Shown here: positions 62,030 to 64,000 of the stretch, piece after piece | Layout: each line of letters starts with the position of its first letter | Position numbering within the stretch: position 1 is the stretch's first letter | Made by a program: the position numbers and the translations under genes | Source of the DNA: a bacterium | GTDB taxonomy: Bacteria; SAR324; NAC60-12 | Reading direction: 5' to 3' | Length of the DNA stretch: 64,000 nucleotides | Assembly: GCA_965205865.1 (NCBI GenBank) | Contig: CBDBHR010000029.1 | Location: 480,001 to 544,000, forward strand | The notes under the pieces: model-generated | Databases searched by the model: none | Told to the model about the DNA's origin: nothing | Seen by the model: only the letters and a program-made list of their open reading frames with translations

Positions 62030-62302
62030 CGTTTTTCTCCTTCAGTCAGTGTGAGAATCCGGTGTTGCCCGAATGGTGAATTGCTCATATCCCCTTTTGA
62101 TTTATAACAAGCCCGAACATGAATGAAAATAATTTTCTCCCTGTTCTCGAATCAACCCACTTTTCATTGGTTTTTTCTGATGCTCGAATCAGACGAGAGA
62201 CAGCGTTCAGGTTTTGCTCTCAGGGGATCATTGTAATAATATTCGAGATTGGAAGACTCTATCAAAAAGAAATAACTTTGAACCTATCTCGAAGGAGCAG
62301 TC

Positions 62303-63422
62303 ATGTGGAAAGTGTGGATTCTGATAGCATTGATTTGGCCGCTGGCGGTGTTTGGACAAGCAGACAGTAGCTTCAGTAATTTATGGAAACAAGAAGGGTG
62401 GACCAACACGAACTTCGATAAAAAAACGGTACCTTTTGGAGAGATCATTTCCGGAGGTCCGCCTCGGGATGGTATTCCCCCGATTTATGAACCCAGCTTT
62501 CAGACGGTAAAAGAAACTCTCGGAATGGCTTCCTGATTCAGAACCCGTGATCGTACATCAACAGGGAGAGGAAGTGCGGGCATATCCGTATCGCATTCTG
62601 ATCTGGCACGAAATCGTCAACGACGAAATCGACGATAAATCATTCATTGTGACCTTCTGCCCACTTTGCAACAGCGCCATCATTTTCAACACCCATTTCC
62701 AGGGGGAAAATCATAAATTCGGTGTCAGCGGCAAATTACGTAACAGCGATATGGTGATGTGGGACCACACGACTGAATCCTGGTGGCAGCAATTGACCGG
62801 AGAGGCAATAGTCGGCGACGCGGTTGGAACTTTCTTGGAGATGTTGCCTTCCCCGGCCATTTCTTTCGGGGAGTACAAAAACATATTTCCCAATGGAAAA
62901 GTACTCTCCCAAAATACCGCGCACCACCGACCATACGGACAAAACCCTTATGTCGGCTACGATAGTTCCAGGACACCTTTTTTGATGCGGAATCCCATTG
63001 ATTCCAGACTCCCCCCCCTGTCCCGAGTGATTGGAATTGAACGGAATGGTTCCTTTTATACCCTCCCTTTGGGTTCGGTTGCCGAGCAAAAATGGGCGAG
63101 GATTCAAGGGGAGGATGGGACGGAAATGCTGATATTGAATCTCTCCTCGGCCAACTCCGCCTTGGATGACCGCAGCATCGCCGGTTCAGCGCTCGTGGAT
63201 CAGGTAACAATCTGGGAAAATCCGGATCATTTGGAATTTAACTGGGATGGCTTCCAGTTGCGGGATACCTCCGAGAACAGGAATTGGAATTCCCTGGGAC
63301 AAGGATTTGAAGGGGAGCAATTGCAATCCCAGCTCACTCCCGTCAAATATGGTGTCCATTTTGCTTTTGCCTGGCTTGCTTTTCATCCCGATTCCATTTT
63401 TGTTGAAGTATCGGAATGGTGA
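62303..63422 (+). CDS. DUF3179-family protein, +1 frameshift near 62522
   Basis: GGPPRDGIPPI, WHEIVND, TFCPLCNS, FGVSGKL; removing one G joins the two ORFs (..TLEWLPDSEPVI). Confidence 0.85.
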
Positions 63423-63564
63423 CCCACCGTTCTCATCGCCTTCATGAGAAAGGTTTTTGCCGGTTACGGGGTATTGTCTTGACCTTCCATACGATCTGAT
63501 AGAACATTTAAATTTCTTATCTGCATCATATCCTGGCATTTCAACTCCAGAACCCTCCTCTATT

Positions 63565-63784
63565 TAACCTGAGTTCGAGATAAAAATTTAATAAATTCAA
63601 TATGTTATGGAATCTTCATATCTTAGAGAAACCTTGTCATTCCTGCGAAAGTGGGAATCTGGAGATATGCAGCCAGACTGAAATCCGGATCCCCGCTCCC
63701 CGCTTTCGCAGGGACAAGTTTCGCGAGGATGACATATACGATAGGATACTCATATTATTGAAGATTTATTTCGAACTCAGGTTA
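63565..63784. mobile_element. 220-bp MITE with 20-bp TIRs and internal REP-like doublet
   Basis: TAACCTGAGTTCGAGATAAA / TTTATTTCGAACTCAGGTTA (19/20); inner GTCATTCCTGCGAAAG...TTTCGCGAGGATGAC. Confidence 0.88.
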
Positions 63785-63817
63785 TATACAAATATCCTTG
63801 TCCCAATTTAGAAAGCC

Positions 63818-64000
63818 ATGAAGTGTCTTAACTGTAAGATGAAAAATGAGGATGTCGCCGTCTATTGTCAGCGATGCGGCGCGTATCTTCCTCTGGAAAA
63901 AACAACTGAATATATGGACACTTTGAAGGCTCTACTTCTGGGACTGACTGTCACCGGTGGTTTCTATATCCTTTATTTGCCTGTCACTGACTACTATCAG
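63818..64000 (+). CDS. Zinc-ribbon-domain membrane protein, 5' part
   Basis: MKCLNC...YCQRCG followed by a hydrophobic segment; runs off the window. Confidence 0.7.
   Translation, partial: MKCLNCKMKNEDVAVYCQRCGAYLPLEKTTEYMDTLKALLLGLTVTGGFYILYLPVTDYYQ

Noticed and set aside
1-64000. CRISPR array, rRNA, tRNA, integron integrase, reverse transcriptase
   Set aside because: No regularly spaced repeat-spacer array, RNA gene signature or corresponding protein motifs were seen

Overview
64-kb bacterial window with housekeeping genes (icmF-type B12 mutase, rbgA, ybeY, recQ, sucA-sucB-lpdA) interleaved with a heavily rearranged accessory region. Main items: (1) three paralogous Dpp/Opp-type ABC clusters (solute-binding protein plus permeases, no ATPase). 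(2) A defence island in which a type III R-M mod and res pair is split by two nested toxin modules, an apparently uncharacterised STAS-GHKL kinase / STAS (DUF4325-like) / PIN triad and an Xre-Zn-peptidase / PIN pair, with a HEPN-MNT pair upstream. (3) Two RelE/ParE toxin-antitoxin pairs 29 kb apart, each ending in an attC-like site followed by the same ~70-bp sequence, with no integrase in the window. (4) At least three MITE families; two carry REP-like palindromes and one matches the ends of a resident IS630. (5) IS91, IS630, IS5 and IS5/ISNCY-like elements or remnants, three copies of an araD1-like locus, an orphan toxin-immunity-like pair, and a GC-rich island with yhaO/yhaN-like genes whose coiled coil is duplicated on both arms. 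Several single-base frameshifts may be sequencing errors. All family calls come from motif recognition by eye; no searches were run.
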